The position numbers and the translations under genes are program-made. Source: Mobula hypostoma (taxonomy: Eukaryota). Taken from it: DNA of 64,000 bases. The notes under the pieces were generated by a model, which saw only the letters and a list, made by a program, of their open reading frames with translations, was not told the origin of the DNA and did no database searches. Numbering within the stretch: the stretch's first letter is position 1; each line of letters begins with the position of its first letter. Positions 1 to 12,400 of the stretch are shown piece by piece. Location: contig NC_086097.1 in NCBI RefSeq assembly GCF_963921235.1, positions 187,924,001 to 187,988,000 on the forward strand. The letters are read 5' to 3'.

Positions 1-34
1 GGAAGGGCGCGAGAGGTTTATCTCGGCCGGACTG

Positions 35-1072
35 GTGTCAGTGAAAAAGAGGTTAAAACCAGTTCCAGTGCGGATCTGGAGAGACACGGGAGCGTGTCAG
101 TCACTAATACTGAAGAGTGTATTAGAGTTTAGCTCAGAGACCCAGACTGGGGAGGTAGAGGTCAAAGGTGTTGGGGAAGGGACAGAGTCAGTCCCTTTGC
201 ACCAGATACATTTACAGAGCAACCTGGTCTCTGGACTAGTCACGATCGGGGTGAGGTCCGAATTACCGATGAAAGACGTGGAAGTCTTGCTCGGTAATGA
301 CATCGCCGGAGGGATCGTGTTCCCAGTCGTGAGATTGACGGGTCAGCCTGCCAGCATGGAGGCCCCGCCCGCGATGGTGAATTTGGCTGAAACATTTCTG
401 CCAACCTTGTATGAGACAGGGTGTAGTGAGATAAGAGGTAGTGAGGGAGCTGGGACGGACGTAGCAGTAGCCAGGAAAGAATTTGTGCAGACGCAGGAGC
501 GAGACGAGGGGCTGATGGTTTTTGCCGAGACCGCTCTCTCTGACACAGCCTTGACAAGCTATTGTGCGGATGAGGAAGTGCTAAGGAAGAAAGGGAAATC
601 AAGTACAGCATCCGCAGATGAGGAGTGGGGGGTGGTGCAAAAGAGTTACGGGGATGAGGTTTTTAACATGGCCCACGAGGTACCCCCCGGTGGACATTTT
701 GCGGTGCTGGAGGAAACAGTTGGTGGAATCATGAAAGAGATTTACCGGCTGCCCAGGGGGAAGAATGTTATTGATCATGACCGACGCGAACTGAGACGGT
801 CACCGGCTTTTGATATGCTAACAAACCTAGTCGGTGTTAGCGTGGAAATCAATGAAGCTAGGGGCCCCTTGATAAGAGGAAAAAACCATTTTGAAAAGAT
901 TAGGATGGGATCGGTCAGATGGGAGAAGGCTATTGTTTTGGCCAGGTCTACTGATAAGGTCTCTCCCTTAATCCCCGAAGGAGTAATTAAACGACTCGCA
1001 CCCATGTGTTTGATTGTCCCGAGGAAATGCAAAGAACTGGGACGTTGGGTTATGTCTGTTACAATAGGGTAG
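35..1072 (+). pseudogene. Gypsy pol-derived ORF: aspartic protease plus degenerate integrase Zn-finger region
   Basis: 345-aa open frame with DTGA motif. Collinear with the protease/INT region of the element at 63100-64000. Confidence 0.8.
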
Positions 1073-1096
1073 CCAAGTAAACAACACCCATATTTT

Positions 1097-1555
1097 TTGA
1101 GTAATTCAGTGACTAAAGGGCTGATGAACACAGAGGTGTGTATTGGCAATTTAATACGGCTGTCTGAAGCCAGTTTGATAGTGAACCTTGAAAAAAATGA
1201 ATTCGGCCACACGAGAGTCACTTACCTGGGAATTGTGGTGACACAGGGGCAGCTGGCAGTGATGCAAGCTACAGTGCAGGCTATCGCTGACCTCCCAACC
1301 CCGACAGACAAGAGGGCCCTCAGAAGGCTCTTGGAGATGGTGGGGTACTGCAGGAAGTTTTGCAATAACTCTGCGGTCAATACCCGTCCCCCTCCTACTA
1401 AGCCCTTGCGAGAGAAAACTGAGTCGGAATGGGACGACCCTTGTTATTGTGGTCCGGGACAAAACCAAATGAGAGGTTACATTGGTCGCAATTCATCAGT
1501 GTTTTTGGCCACTATGAAGTTTGCTGAGTTGGAGCCTGGTCTAAGGGATTATTAA
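1097..1555 (+). pseudogene. Degenerate Gypsy RT C-terminal fragment
   Basis: RT thumb motifs present. The position expected for YxDD reads EVCIGN. Confidence 0.75.
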
Positions 1556-1727
1556 TAACACGTGTAAAAGGAACAGAAAATGTGATGACTGTCTGTCAAG
1601 GTGTTGACAGCTTCAAATTCTCTGTATTAGCTAAATAACTGTTAAAGATGTATATTGTGTATGTATCAGATAATGTAGTCATGTTTGTAATTTTTACCTC
1701 CCGGTAAAAATCCTTAAAGGGGGGAAG

Positions 1728-2587
1728 TGTTACGAGAATACACATAAAATTAAGATGTTTGCTGGCCTGGGCTAGCATCAGTGGCATCAGCAGTTGGTCT
1801 GCCACCTGCCCTCAGGGGAAGGAGAGATAAGGAACAATGGAGCAGCGTCTGGAGATGTGTAATGAAGGGATGTGGGAGGAAGAGCTGTCTGGAGCGGCTC
1901 CCCCCTTTGAACCCTGAACTGTTTGAAGTGATGGACAGGCGATACCCCAGCAGGGGGATAAAAAGGGACAGGTTCGCTAAGACAGACACACACGCCACCC
2001 GAGGTAACGAGACCCTGGAAGCGGTGCGCCTCTCACGAGTGGTGAGAAGTATCGGACAACGCACAGGGTGGAAAGGTACGATCAGCGGGAACCCGGTGTG
2101 TGTCCGCCCTTGCCTGGGTGCCGGCTTCACTGCAGGGGATCGACCGCATCTGGAGGAGGGGTCACAGTCGGTGACCTCAGGTGACATCACCAAGGACCCG
2201 CCCAAAAAAGCTGTTTGTGAGCCATCTCGCTGGTCTGTGAGTGAAGCCGTTCTGAATGATGAGTTGTTCCTATTCTATCTCTCTCTTCCCCCACGTTGTC
2301 CACCGCCATGGCAACGATTACTGCGAACTGAACTACAAACTGGACTGAACTTTGAGTCATTTTGAAATTGGTCATTTACCCCTAGACAACGATAGAGCTT
2401 GATTGATGCTGTTATCTTAATTCTGTGCACATGTGTGGTTATCATTGTTGAATTGTTGCATTTATTATCCTTTCGATTACTGTGTTGCTTGTTTCTTTAA
2501 TAAAACTTTCTTAGTTCTAGTACTCCAGACTCCAACTGAGTGATCCATTTCTGCTGGTTTGGCAACCCAGTTACGGGGTACGTAACA
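1728..2587 (+). repeat. 3' LTR (860 bp)
   Basis: Perfect 7-bp terminal inverted repeat TGTTACG...CGTAACA, preceded by a PPT. TATA-like GATAAAA near 1957 and AATAAA at 2499-2504. Confidence 0.93.
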
Positions 2588-2825
2588 GTACCCTCACCAA
2601 AGTGAGATTCTGTAGCCACGTACTTATCAAATGCAAGATCCTCATAGTGAGTTTAGCTGCCAATACAGTACCCACTATTTGAGAGGTGAGTCCTCCCACC
2701 TTACCAAGGAGGATATACTTCTAGATAACAAAGTAATACAGTTCATTTATTTCTAGTAATACACACTTCAATTTAGATAAAATTCTTAAAACACATTTAA
2801 AACTCCCTGAATATTTCTATCTAGT

Positions 2826-3236
2826 GCAAAGTAACTTTATTATCAAAGTACATATATGTCACCATATACAACACTGAGATTCAATAAATACTCAATAAAT
2901 CCATAATCAAATCAAGGAAAGACTGTACTAACTTGGGCATTCAGCCAAAAGACAACAAACTGTGCAAATAAAAAAAGGAAGAAATAATAATGATAAGCAT
3001 TAAATATCGAAAACATGAGATGAAGAAACCTTGAAAGTGAGTCCATAGGTTGTGCGAATATTTCAGTGACAGGGCAAGAGAAGTTGATTGAAGTTATCCC
3101 CTTTGGTTCAAGAGCCTGATGTTGAGGGGAATTAACTGTTCCTGAACCTGGTGGTGTGAGTCCTCAGGCTCCTGTACTTTCTTCTTGATGGCAGCAGCAA
3201 GAAGACAGCATGTCCTGAGTGGTGAGGCTCCCTGAA
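2826..3236 (-). mobile_element. Rex1/Babar-like LINE 3' remnant
   Basis: Reverse complement resembles the Rex1 C-terminus (RFRNS..P..IRLLN-like) and the 3' UTR at 46900-47275. Confidence 0.65.
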
Positions 3237-3631
3237 GATAGAAAAACATAATTATGAAATAATTATCATTATAATTGTAAAAGAATTCCAAATTTAAAAC
3301 TATTTCTAAAACACAAAGGGATTTTCAAAAAAAAAAGACATACTGACGAGTTGCAGATGAGCAAGTTGTCCATTGCAGAAATCGAAGGCAGATGAATAAA
3401 TTCTGGTCGCCCCATCTTTCTTTCATTCCTTGACCGCTTGACTGCTCTCTAACACTTATACTGCTTTTGCTACTTTGTAGCTTCACATACATGTGATATT
3501 TTCAGTTACATTCATCATAGCAGGTGAATGTATTGCTTACTGGCGCCGAAGTGGACCCCACTGTTTTCTCTTGATTGAATAATGGGTCAATGAGGAATCT
3601 ATTGTCCACTTGTTTATGACAAGAGGCTGAA

Positions 3632-5909
3632 TCCATCAAAACCCACTAGCTACAGACCAATAGCATTTACATCAAATATATGCAAGATAATGGAAAGGAT
3701 GATAACAGAAAGATTATCATATGAGCTTGAGAAAAGGGAAATGCTGGCAAGTTATCAGTGTGGTTTTAGGAAGGGAAGGAATTCCATGGACTCAGTGATA
3801 AGGTTAGAGACTGAAATAAGAGAGACCCAGGCAAATGAAGAGTCAGTAGTTGCAGTGTTTTTTGACATAGAAAAAGCCTATGATGCGATGTGGAAGGAAG
3901 GATTGTTAATTAAACTGCACAAGATGGGGATTGTTTGGAGCGTTTTTAATTGTATAAAAGTTTTTTTGTTTGGTAGAACAATTCAAGTTCGGATTGGATC
4001 AGAATTATCAAATCAGTACATAGTGGGAAATGGCACACCTCAAGGTAGTGTGATTAGCCCGTTACTTTTCATCATTATGATCAATGATGTCTTCACAAAG
4101 GTACCAGTGGATATAGGTAGGTCACTGTTTGCAGATGATGGGGCCTTGTGGAAAAAAGGCAGGAACATGGAGCATATAATCAGGAAACTACAAGGAGCAA
4201 TTGATGAAGTGGTGGAGTGGAGTTATGATTGGGGATGTAGATTTTCAGTAGAAAAAAACTCAAACTGTATTTTTCACCAGGAAAATAATTGAGGTAGGGA
4301 AGAAGTTAAGGATGTATGGGATAGAATTAGAAAGGATTGGATCATTTAAATTTCTAGGAGTTATATTTGACTCATGATTAACATGGGCAGACCATATCAG
4401 GAAAGTTGAGGAGAAATGTAAAAGAGTAATAAATGTGATGAGATGTTTGACTGGTAGGGAATGGGGAGCAAGTTGTTCAGCATTGAAGAGAATGTATGTG
4501 GCTTTAGTAAGATCTGTGTTGGACTATGAAAATATAGCATATGGATCAGCAGCTAGGTCTCTTATCAAGAAACTGGATGTGATTCAGGCTCAGGCTTTGA
4601 GAGTGTGCAGTGGGGCTTTTAACACATCACCAGTATCAACCCTACAGGTAGAAATGGGATTAATGCCTTTGGAACTAAGAAGGATGCAATTGATGGCAAA
4701 CTACTGCGCTAATTTGCAGGGGCACAGTGATTCTCACCCTGCAAAAGGAGTGTTGCAGGAGTGCTGGGATAGTGGGAGGTTTCAGAGGGATAACTTTAGT
4801 CTGGTAGGGAATGATATTGCTAAAGTGCTTGATCTAAGGATAAGTCCTTTAGTAGTTTATTCAGTTGTAGCTCCATGGAAGATTGTATGGCCTGACATAG
4901 ACTGGCATTTGTCAGAGGTGAAAAGGAAAGGAAAATATAAAATTGATTTGATAAGTGCATTTAACTGTCATGTGATGGAAGAGTACAGTGATTATACTCA
5001 GATTTATACGGATGGTGAAACAGGAGTAACAGGGTTTGGGGTGGCTATACCAGCAAAAGAAATTGGAATCAGCAGAAGAACATCTAATAAGTTAGGGGTA
5101 TATACAGTGGAGATGCTGGCAGTGTTGGCTGTGTTGTGATGGGTGGAGAAATCTAGGCAAGTCAAATTGTTGCTATGCTCTGATTCATCCTCAGTTCTAG
5201 CAGGTTTAAGGTCTTTTCACTCAAACAGTCAGCAAGATGTACTTTATGAAGTCCTTCAGTCAGTCACAAGAATTGCAAATCAGGGAGGTCAGGTAAAATT
5301 TCTATGGGTTCCAGCACATGTAGGAGTGAAGGGGAATGAGAGGGTGGATGAGTTGGCAAAGAGGGTGTTAAAGAAAGAAAATATAGAAATGCACATTAGT
5401 ATTAGTAAAGCAGAGGTTGAGTGTGTAATCTGGGAAAAAAATCAACTAAATGTGGCAAGAAAGATGGAACAGGGAGAGGAAAGGGAGGCATTTATATCAA
5501 ATACAAAGAGTGTTGCAGGTACTAGGGTAGGTAGTAGATACAGAAGAGAGGAAGCTGTGTGGACTAGGTTAAGGCTGGGGCACTGTGCATTAAACAAAAC
5601 ATTGAAAATGATAGGGAAACACCAGACAGGATTGTGTGAGCAATGTCAGGAAGAGGAGTCAGTAGAACATGTAGTTCTGAGTTGCAGGAAGTATAGGATA
5701 CAGAGATGATGAGAATTAATCTAAGGGAATTGGGGATGCAGGAATTCACATTGAAATGGTTGCTGGGCATGGGTGAGAGAGCACAGGTCAGGGTATTTTT
5801 AGCTTTCTTAAGGGATACAGGGATTTTTAATAGGATATGATGGATAAGCAGGAATAGGGTACTAGGATAGCCGAAGATGGGAGGAAGAAGTGTAGGTTAG
5901 GGTGTGTGG

Positions 5910-5956
<47 letters not shown>

Positions 5957-6079
5957 TGTGAGATTGGGTGAAGGGATTTAGAATGTAAGTCTATTGCACA
6001 CTCTGGAGCAGAAGGTGGCAGTAATGCACCATCAAGCTGGGTGCCAACCACCGTAAAACAAGACGGAGAAGAAGCAGAA
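3632..6079 (+). mobile_element. 5'-truncated I-group (Nimb-like) LINE with RT, RNase H and C-terminal Zn knuckle
   Basis: RT motifs SYRPIA, FDIEKAYD, GTPQGSVISP, FADD. RNase H motifs IYTDG, CSDS, WVPAHVGVKGNERVDELAK. C-terminal CEQC...EHVVLSC. GAA-rich tail. Exact 14-bp TSD GACAAGAGGCTGAA (3618-3631, 6080-6093). Stops and frameshifts present. Confidence 0.9.
5903..5956 (+). repeat. (TG)n microsatellite in the LINE 3' UTR
   Basis: Direct reading. Confidence 0.95.
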
Positions 6080-7493
6080 GACAAGAGGCTGAACAAAGAA
6101 TATGGTTGGAAGCTTAACTTACTCAAAAACAACTCTTTGACCCCTGAAAGAATCAACTGCTGTGTTAGAAAGCTGAACTTGACTTGTAGGGACAGACAGA
6201 AAGTTGAGCTTAGTTTGTAAAGACAGACAGAGCTACAGTGAGAGGAGAGTTGATAGTTATGGGGACAGTCAGGAGATTCTGTAACCTCAGTTGAGACATT
6301 TCTCAGTTGAGACCCAGGTGCCAGGGTCTAGCATGTATCTGAGCAAGTAGCAGAAAATTCTCAAGGGGAATGGTAGACAGCCAGATGTCATTGTATGTAT
6401 GACTTAGGTAGTAAAAAGGATGATGTCCTGTAGAATGAATGTAGGGAGTTAGCAGGATGTTAAAAGCAACTGTACCTTAGTAATCTTTGGATTACTCCTG
6501 GTGCTTCACACTATTGAGAGGAGGATAGCACAAATTGATGCATGGCTGAGCAGCTAGTGCAGAGTTTTGAACCAATGGGATTTCTTCTGGGGCAGAGGTG
6601 ACTTGTGCAAGAGGCAGGGGTTACACCTGGTCTGAAGAGGGAGCAACATCCAGGAGGAGAGATTTGTTAGAGCTGCTTGAGAGGGTTTAAATGAGTGTGG
6701 CAGGGACTTGGGACCCAAAACAATAGCAAAACTGTTCAGAAAGTTGGAATGAATATGGAAGATAAAGAGAGAAAGTTCAGTGGACAGGATATGAAGGAGC
6801 ACACCAGAGAATGACAGAAGACTAATGTAAACTGCAAAGTGCAAATGGCCTGACAAGTAAAGCAGATGAACTCAGAGCATGAATGGGTATATATGTATAT
6901 GGAACTGAGATATTGTTGTTATTACAGAAATGTGACTGAGGGAGGGACAGCATAGAAGTGGGGGTAAGGGGAATATTAGTGAGAACGTCATAACAGTATT
7001 TAGATTGCATATTCCCAAAGTGTCATCCTGAGAGGCTTTAAAGGTAGAACTGAGAAATAAGAAGCAGTTGATCACTTTGATGGGATTGAACTATAGTCCC
7101 CCAGTAGGCAATTTGAAGTTCTGGAGCAAATATATAGGAAGATCACATATAGCTCTAAGAATAACAGGGTTGTAAAAATATTGCTTCAAAGAGGAAAAAA
7201 ACTATCTTGCTTCAACCGATCCGCGTAAGACATATTCTCTAATCCAGACAGCATCAGTTAAGATCGAGTACTTAAAGATATAATCAAGAAGATGGATGAG
7301 GACAACGGGGTAGACATGCATGGATTTTAACAAGGATCTTCACAAAGAACTACATGATAGGCATGGTAGGCTAGTCTGGCTGTATTAAATCACATAGGAT
7401 CAAGATCAAGCAAGCTAATTAGATGCAAAATTGGTTTAATGACAGGAGATAGTAGAAAGTTGTTTGTCAGATTGGAAGATTCATTTTCCACAG

Positions 7494-8432
7494 TGTTGTG
7501 TATTTAATATTTCAGTAATATTTGATTCATATGTAAGGGGGTTTCGTCTTTTATGTTACTGCGTAGGCTAATTAAAATGGCTTCTTTGTTATGTTATACT
7601 TGGGAATGCTTCATTGTTATGTTAAACGCTGAGAAAGTTCTTGCGCTGGCAGCTTGTTTTGGGTTAGAGTGTGATAAGAATATGTTAAGAACCATTTGGG
7701 ATAGTTGTTATGTTTTTGGTATATTTGAAGATACTGTATGCGTGGGGTTTTGGGGAAGAAGGCGGGAGAGAGAGACAGAGGATGGACCAGGTGCTGTGAT
7801 GTCCGCTAATGGGGTTGGACCCCGAGCAGGGCGTTCGGCAAGGAGAGGAGATGGAGATGGACTCATGTGAAGCATCTGGTTGACCACCGTTATTGGTCTC
7901 AGGTGGTCTGAGGTGGTCCGAGGGGTTGCAGGGTGAAGAAGAAGGGTCCTGAGCTCCAACTGTTTGTGCACGAAGAGACTGAACTTTGATACTTTTATTT
8001 TCCTTTTATATTTGATTCTCTATTAATTATATAGATCCAGTAATATCTATAAACTGTAAATCATTTAATTGTATCTGGTGTATTGTCTGTTATTTGGGCG
8101 GGGTGGGGTACATCACACAGCATCCACAGAAACTAATTACCCAGTTTGGCGGGGCCGAGGGCTGTTTCCCTAGACGACAGCGAGCCGAGCGACCCTGAGG
8201 TTGGCCGTGGGGGGGGGGGGGGCGCCTACACATATTGTAAATATATTGTTTGATTAAGTGTTCTTTGTTTAAATAATTCATTAAATATTATATGTAAAAG
8301 TAAATGAAATGCATACGTCATAACACCACCACATCATATTTACGCGCCTCACTAAAATAAGGAAGAAGTAGATACATTATCCCTGACTCCATGTTTTTCT
8401 TTCGATTAGATATATGTTTTGGAGATGTAGCA
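7494..8432 (+). mobile_element. Solo LTR of a Mag-type Gypsy family, split by a second solo LTR
   Basis: Starts TGTTGTG. Homologous to the LTRs at 14609-14855 and 17913-18129. 5-bp TSD CACAG (7489-7493, 8433-8437). Confidence 0.8.
7532..8230 (+). mobile_element. Solo LTR (TG...CA, 699 bp) nested inside another LTR
   Basis: TGTAAGG...CCTACA termini with 4-bp TSD CATA (7528-7531, 8231-8234). Removing it restores the host LTR. Strand is tentative. Confidence 0.82.
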
Positions 8433-9065
8433 CACAGAGATCCGTGATGTTCATTATTACTGTTGTTCATCATTTATATTAACAATTTGGATAAGAACGA
8501 GGGCACCATTGTTAATAAGTTTGCAGATAACACTAAAATTGCTGGTAATTGGGCCAATGGGCTGAGGAATAGCAGGTGGAGTTTAATTCAGAGAAATGTG
8601 CAGTATTGCACTTTGGTAACGTAAAACAGGGCAGGACTTGCATAGTAAATAATAGGACTCTGGAGAATGATGTAGTACAGAGGATTAGGGATGCCATAGC
8701 TCCTTACAAGTCATGATAAAGGTAGACAGATTGATGAAGAAATCATTTGGCAGGCTTGTTTTCATCTGTCAGAATACAGATGTTTGCTTGCTGTAATGCA
8801 GCTGTACAAGAGATTACCAGGCCACATTTAGAGCACTGCATACAGTTTTTGTCACCCTGCTATCGCTAGAATGTCATGAAACTGGAGGAGGGTGCAAACA
8901 AGATTTACATCAATGTTATTAAGACTGGAGGACATGGGTTATAGGGAGAGGGTAGATAAATTAAGACCTTACTCTCTGGACTGTATGAGGTTAAGATTAA
9001 TAAAATTGGGGGGGGGGGGGCAGAGGTTTGTATCGGGAGGGGAAAGAATTAAAAGTGACCTTAAG

Positions 9066-9430
9066 AAATTAGAATTAGAATTAGATTTAGAATTTTATTT
9101 CTTACATTCATCTCAAAACATGGAGTAAAAATCTTTGTCGCTTCTCCGTCACAATGTACAAGCAATAAGGAAGGGAAAAGTGTGAGGATATTACCCAAAC
9201 GCTAAGTTTGTATACATACTTGTTTTGTATACATGTATGTACAGTCAGATATGCAATCAGATCAATGTGTATTGGTCAATCTGATAGCCCAGTGAAAGAA
9301 GCTGTTCTGGAGCCTGTTGGTCCTGGTCTTAACTTGCGGTACTGTTTGCCAGATGGAAGCAGCTGAAACAGTTTTTGGTTGGGGTGGCTGGAGTCCCTGA
9401 TGATCCTCTGCGCCATTTTTACGCACCTGC
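9066..9430 (-). mobile_element. Rex1/Babar-like LINE 3' end
   Basis: Minus-strand peptide KTRTNRLQNSFFHWAIRL and (TTCTAA)n tail. Confidence 0.75.
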
Positions 9431-12400
9431 TTGGATACTTTTGGGGGGTATGACCTTTCAGAGCACAGCAGCAACAGCAAGGCCAGTGGCACTGTGGCCG
9501 CCTCTGAGGCTCAGCAGGGAAGGCTAAAGCCAGGCAGAGTGATAGTGATAGGAGACTCGATACTTAGGAAGACAGAAAGAGATTCTGTGGCTGCAAAAGA
9601 GACACCAGGACAGTGTGTTGCCTTCCAGGTGCTAGCATTCTGGATGTTTGAGAACAGCTGCAAAATATTCTCAAAGGGGAGGGTAAGCAGCCAAAAGTCA
9701 TGGTGCACATAAGCACCAATGACATAGGTAGAAAGGGGGAAGCGGTCCTGCGCAGAGAGTGTAGGGAGTTGGAAAGAGACTGAAGAGCAGGACCTCTGAG
9801 CTCTTAATCTCCGGATTACACGGAATGCCACATGCTAGTCAGGGCAGGACAGGTGAATGAATGGCTGAGGAACTGGTGCAGGGTACAGGGTTTTAGGTTC
9901 TTGGATGATTTAACCTTCTAGGCAAAGGTTGAGCTGTACTGGAGGGCCAGGTTGCACCAGAACTGGAGGGGAACCAATGTCCTGGCTGGGAGGTTCACAA
10001 GTGCTCCTCAGGAGGGTTTAAACTAGCTTGGCAGGAGGATGGGAACCAGAGCACCAGGTCAGAAAGTGGGGAGATGGAGAGGAAGGTAGACATCAAGGTC
10101 AACAAAAACAAGCAGAAGCAAACAATAGATATGATGGGATGGATAGTTTGAAGTGTGTGTATTGTTAATGTTGAAAGTATTATGGGTAAAGCTGATGAAA
10201 GCTGATGGGAGTTGAACTACTTATCAGGGACAATATCACAGCTGCACTCAGGGGACATATTGGAGGACTTGGTCACTGAGTCTACACAGGTAGAATTCAA
10301 AAATAGGAAGATTGCAATCACTCTGGTGGGATTGAACTACAGACTCTCCAACAGCCACCGGGACTTTGAAGAACAAACATGCAGGTCAATTAAGTAAGGG
10401 TGTAAAAACAATAGGGTTCTTGTCATGGGGGACTTCAATTTCCCAAATACAAACTAGGATTTTCTTAATGCAAGAGTTTTAGGTGGAGCAGAATTTGTTA
10501 GGTGCATCCAGAAGTGGTTCTTAAATCAATATGCAGATAGTCCAACAAGATGAGGGGCTGTACTGGACCTAACATTGGGTAATGAGCATAGCCTGGTGAC
10601 TGACTTTTTAGTGGCTGAGCATTTAGGGACCAGTGAGCAAAGTTTTAAGGTAATTATTGATCAGGATAAGTATGGACCTACTAACAGATTATTAAATTGG
10701 AGCAGGGCAAATTATGAGACCATTAGGCTGGAACTATGGAGAGTTAATTGGGAAGGTCAACATCCAACATGTGGAGCATGTTTAAAGAACAACTGCATAG
10801 AGTACAGGATAGATACTGTATGTTCCAGTCAGATGAAAGGTCAAGGATGCCAAGGTAACAGAACCTTGGATGTCAAGAGAGGTGAAGAATTTAGTCAAGA
10901 AGAAAAAGGAAAAGTATGCACATTTTAGGAAGCTAAAATCAAACAGAGCCCTTGAGAATTATAAAGAAACCAGAAAAGAACTCAGTAAAGGAATTAGGAA
11001 AATCAGGAAGGACTATGAAAAGCCCTTGGCATGTAAGATTTAAGAGAATCCCAAGGCATTCTATACATACATCAGGAGCACAGGAGAGGTGGGGACTCAA
11101 AGATAAAGGAGGAAACATTTGACTGAAACAGAGGATGTGGGTGACGTCCTTAATGGATATCTTACATCAGTATTTACCAAGGGGAGGTATATGGAGGATA
11201 TGGAGATTAATGCCCAGAATATTAAGATGCCAGGGCATATCAAAATAAAGAACAAGGAGGGAGTGTTGGGTCTCATAAAAAGTATTATCATTATTATCAT
11301 TTACTTTGATTGTGGAACTTAGGCTTGAGAAGTTGAAGCCAAATGTATAACAATCTCAGCAAGAAGAGGCTGAGTAAGTGACCCAGGTGAGTGTTAAACT
11401 CAAAGGTTTTGGAGAGAAGGCGATGGTAAGAATAGATAACCTTTATAAAAAATTGACAGGAAATTTGTTGTCCTTAATTCAATGTAGACAGGATGGCTAA
11501 GGCAGTGGAATACTCCTCCTGTGAGATGTGGGATTTCAGGGTACCTGACAGTTTCCCTCATGACTGTCAGGAAGTGCATCTAACTTTAGTTCCTGACTGA
11601 CCAAGTCAAGGAACTGGAGCTGGAGCTGAGTGTATTCAGGACCATCCAGGAGGCTGAAAACCTCAGCGATGAATTTTTTACTGACATGGTCACACCCAAA
11701 GTACAGGCTTCAGATAGTAGATGGGTGACCACAAGGAGAAGGTAGTGTTGAGTCTCTTAAAGACTATTATGGTCCCTAAGGCCTGATGGGATATATCCCA
11801 GGTTATTGAGAGAGGCAAGTGAACAGATTGCTGATACCTTGACCAATATCTTTAAGTCACAGGCGAGATCCCAGACAACTGGCAAGTAGCTAATGTATTC
11901 CATTATTCAAGAAGAGAAACTATAGACCAGTGAGTCTCATGTTAGTGGTACTGGAGAGAATTTTTAGGGATAGGATTTATGACTATGGCCTAATTAAGGA
12001 GATCCAGCATGGCTTTGTGGCTCATGGTAAAATCATGTCTTACATGGATTTTAGTAAGGAGCTTGACAAGGTCCTTCATGGGAGCTTCATCCAGATGATT
12101 AAGATGCATGAGATCAATAATGAATTGGCCATTTGGATTCAAAAATTACTTGCCCATAGATGACAGAAGGTTGTGGTCGAAGGGTCTTATTCTAGCTGGA
12201 GGTTTGTGTTTTGTGGTGTTCTACAGGGATCTGTACTGAGACATCTGCTGTTTGTAATGTATATAAATGCCCTGGATGAAAGTGTAGATGGGTGCACAAA
12301 GATTGGTGGTGGTAAGCTTAGCTTTTGACCGGCAAAGAATGCAGTAGTGTATAGATCAGTTGTAGATATGGGGGGAGAAAAGGAAGGCGGAGGTTAACCT

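Larger units (their letters stand above)
1..2587 (+). mobile_element. 3' part of an internally deleted Gmr1-like Ty3/Gypsy LTR retrotransposon (PR - INT remnant - RT remnant - PPT - 3' LTR)
   Basis: Protease motif RDTGA...LLGND, then integrase Zn-finger remnant (AHEVPPGGHF), then RT thumb (VNLEKNEFGHTRVTYLG...LRRLLEMVGYCRKF). PPT AAAGGGGGGAAG at 1716-1727 abuts the LTR. Confidence 0.9.
6235..9062 (+). mobile_element. Old, heavily decayed CR1 LINE (ORF1 esterase, EN and RT remnants) interrupted by nested LTRs
   Basis: Collinear remnants matching the better-preserved CR1 copies in the window (esterase GDS motif, KADELRA, PQGS, KFAD, LERVQ.RFT). Confidence 0.75.

Noticed and set aside
1781..2365. 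194-aa ORF
   Set aside because: Lies wholly within the LTR, has no recognisable domain, and GC-rich sequence readily gives chance ORFs.
3541..3558. TGGCGCCGAAGTGGACCC resembling a tRNA-Lys PBS
   Set aside because: Only a partial match, with no adjacent LTR end or gag.
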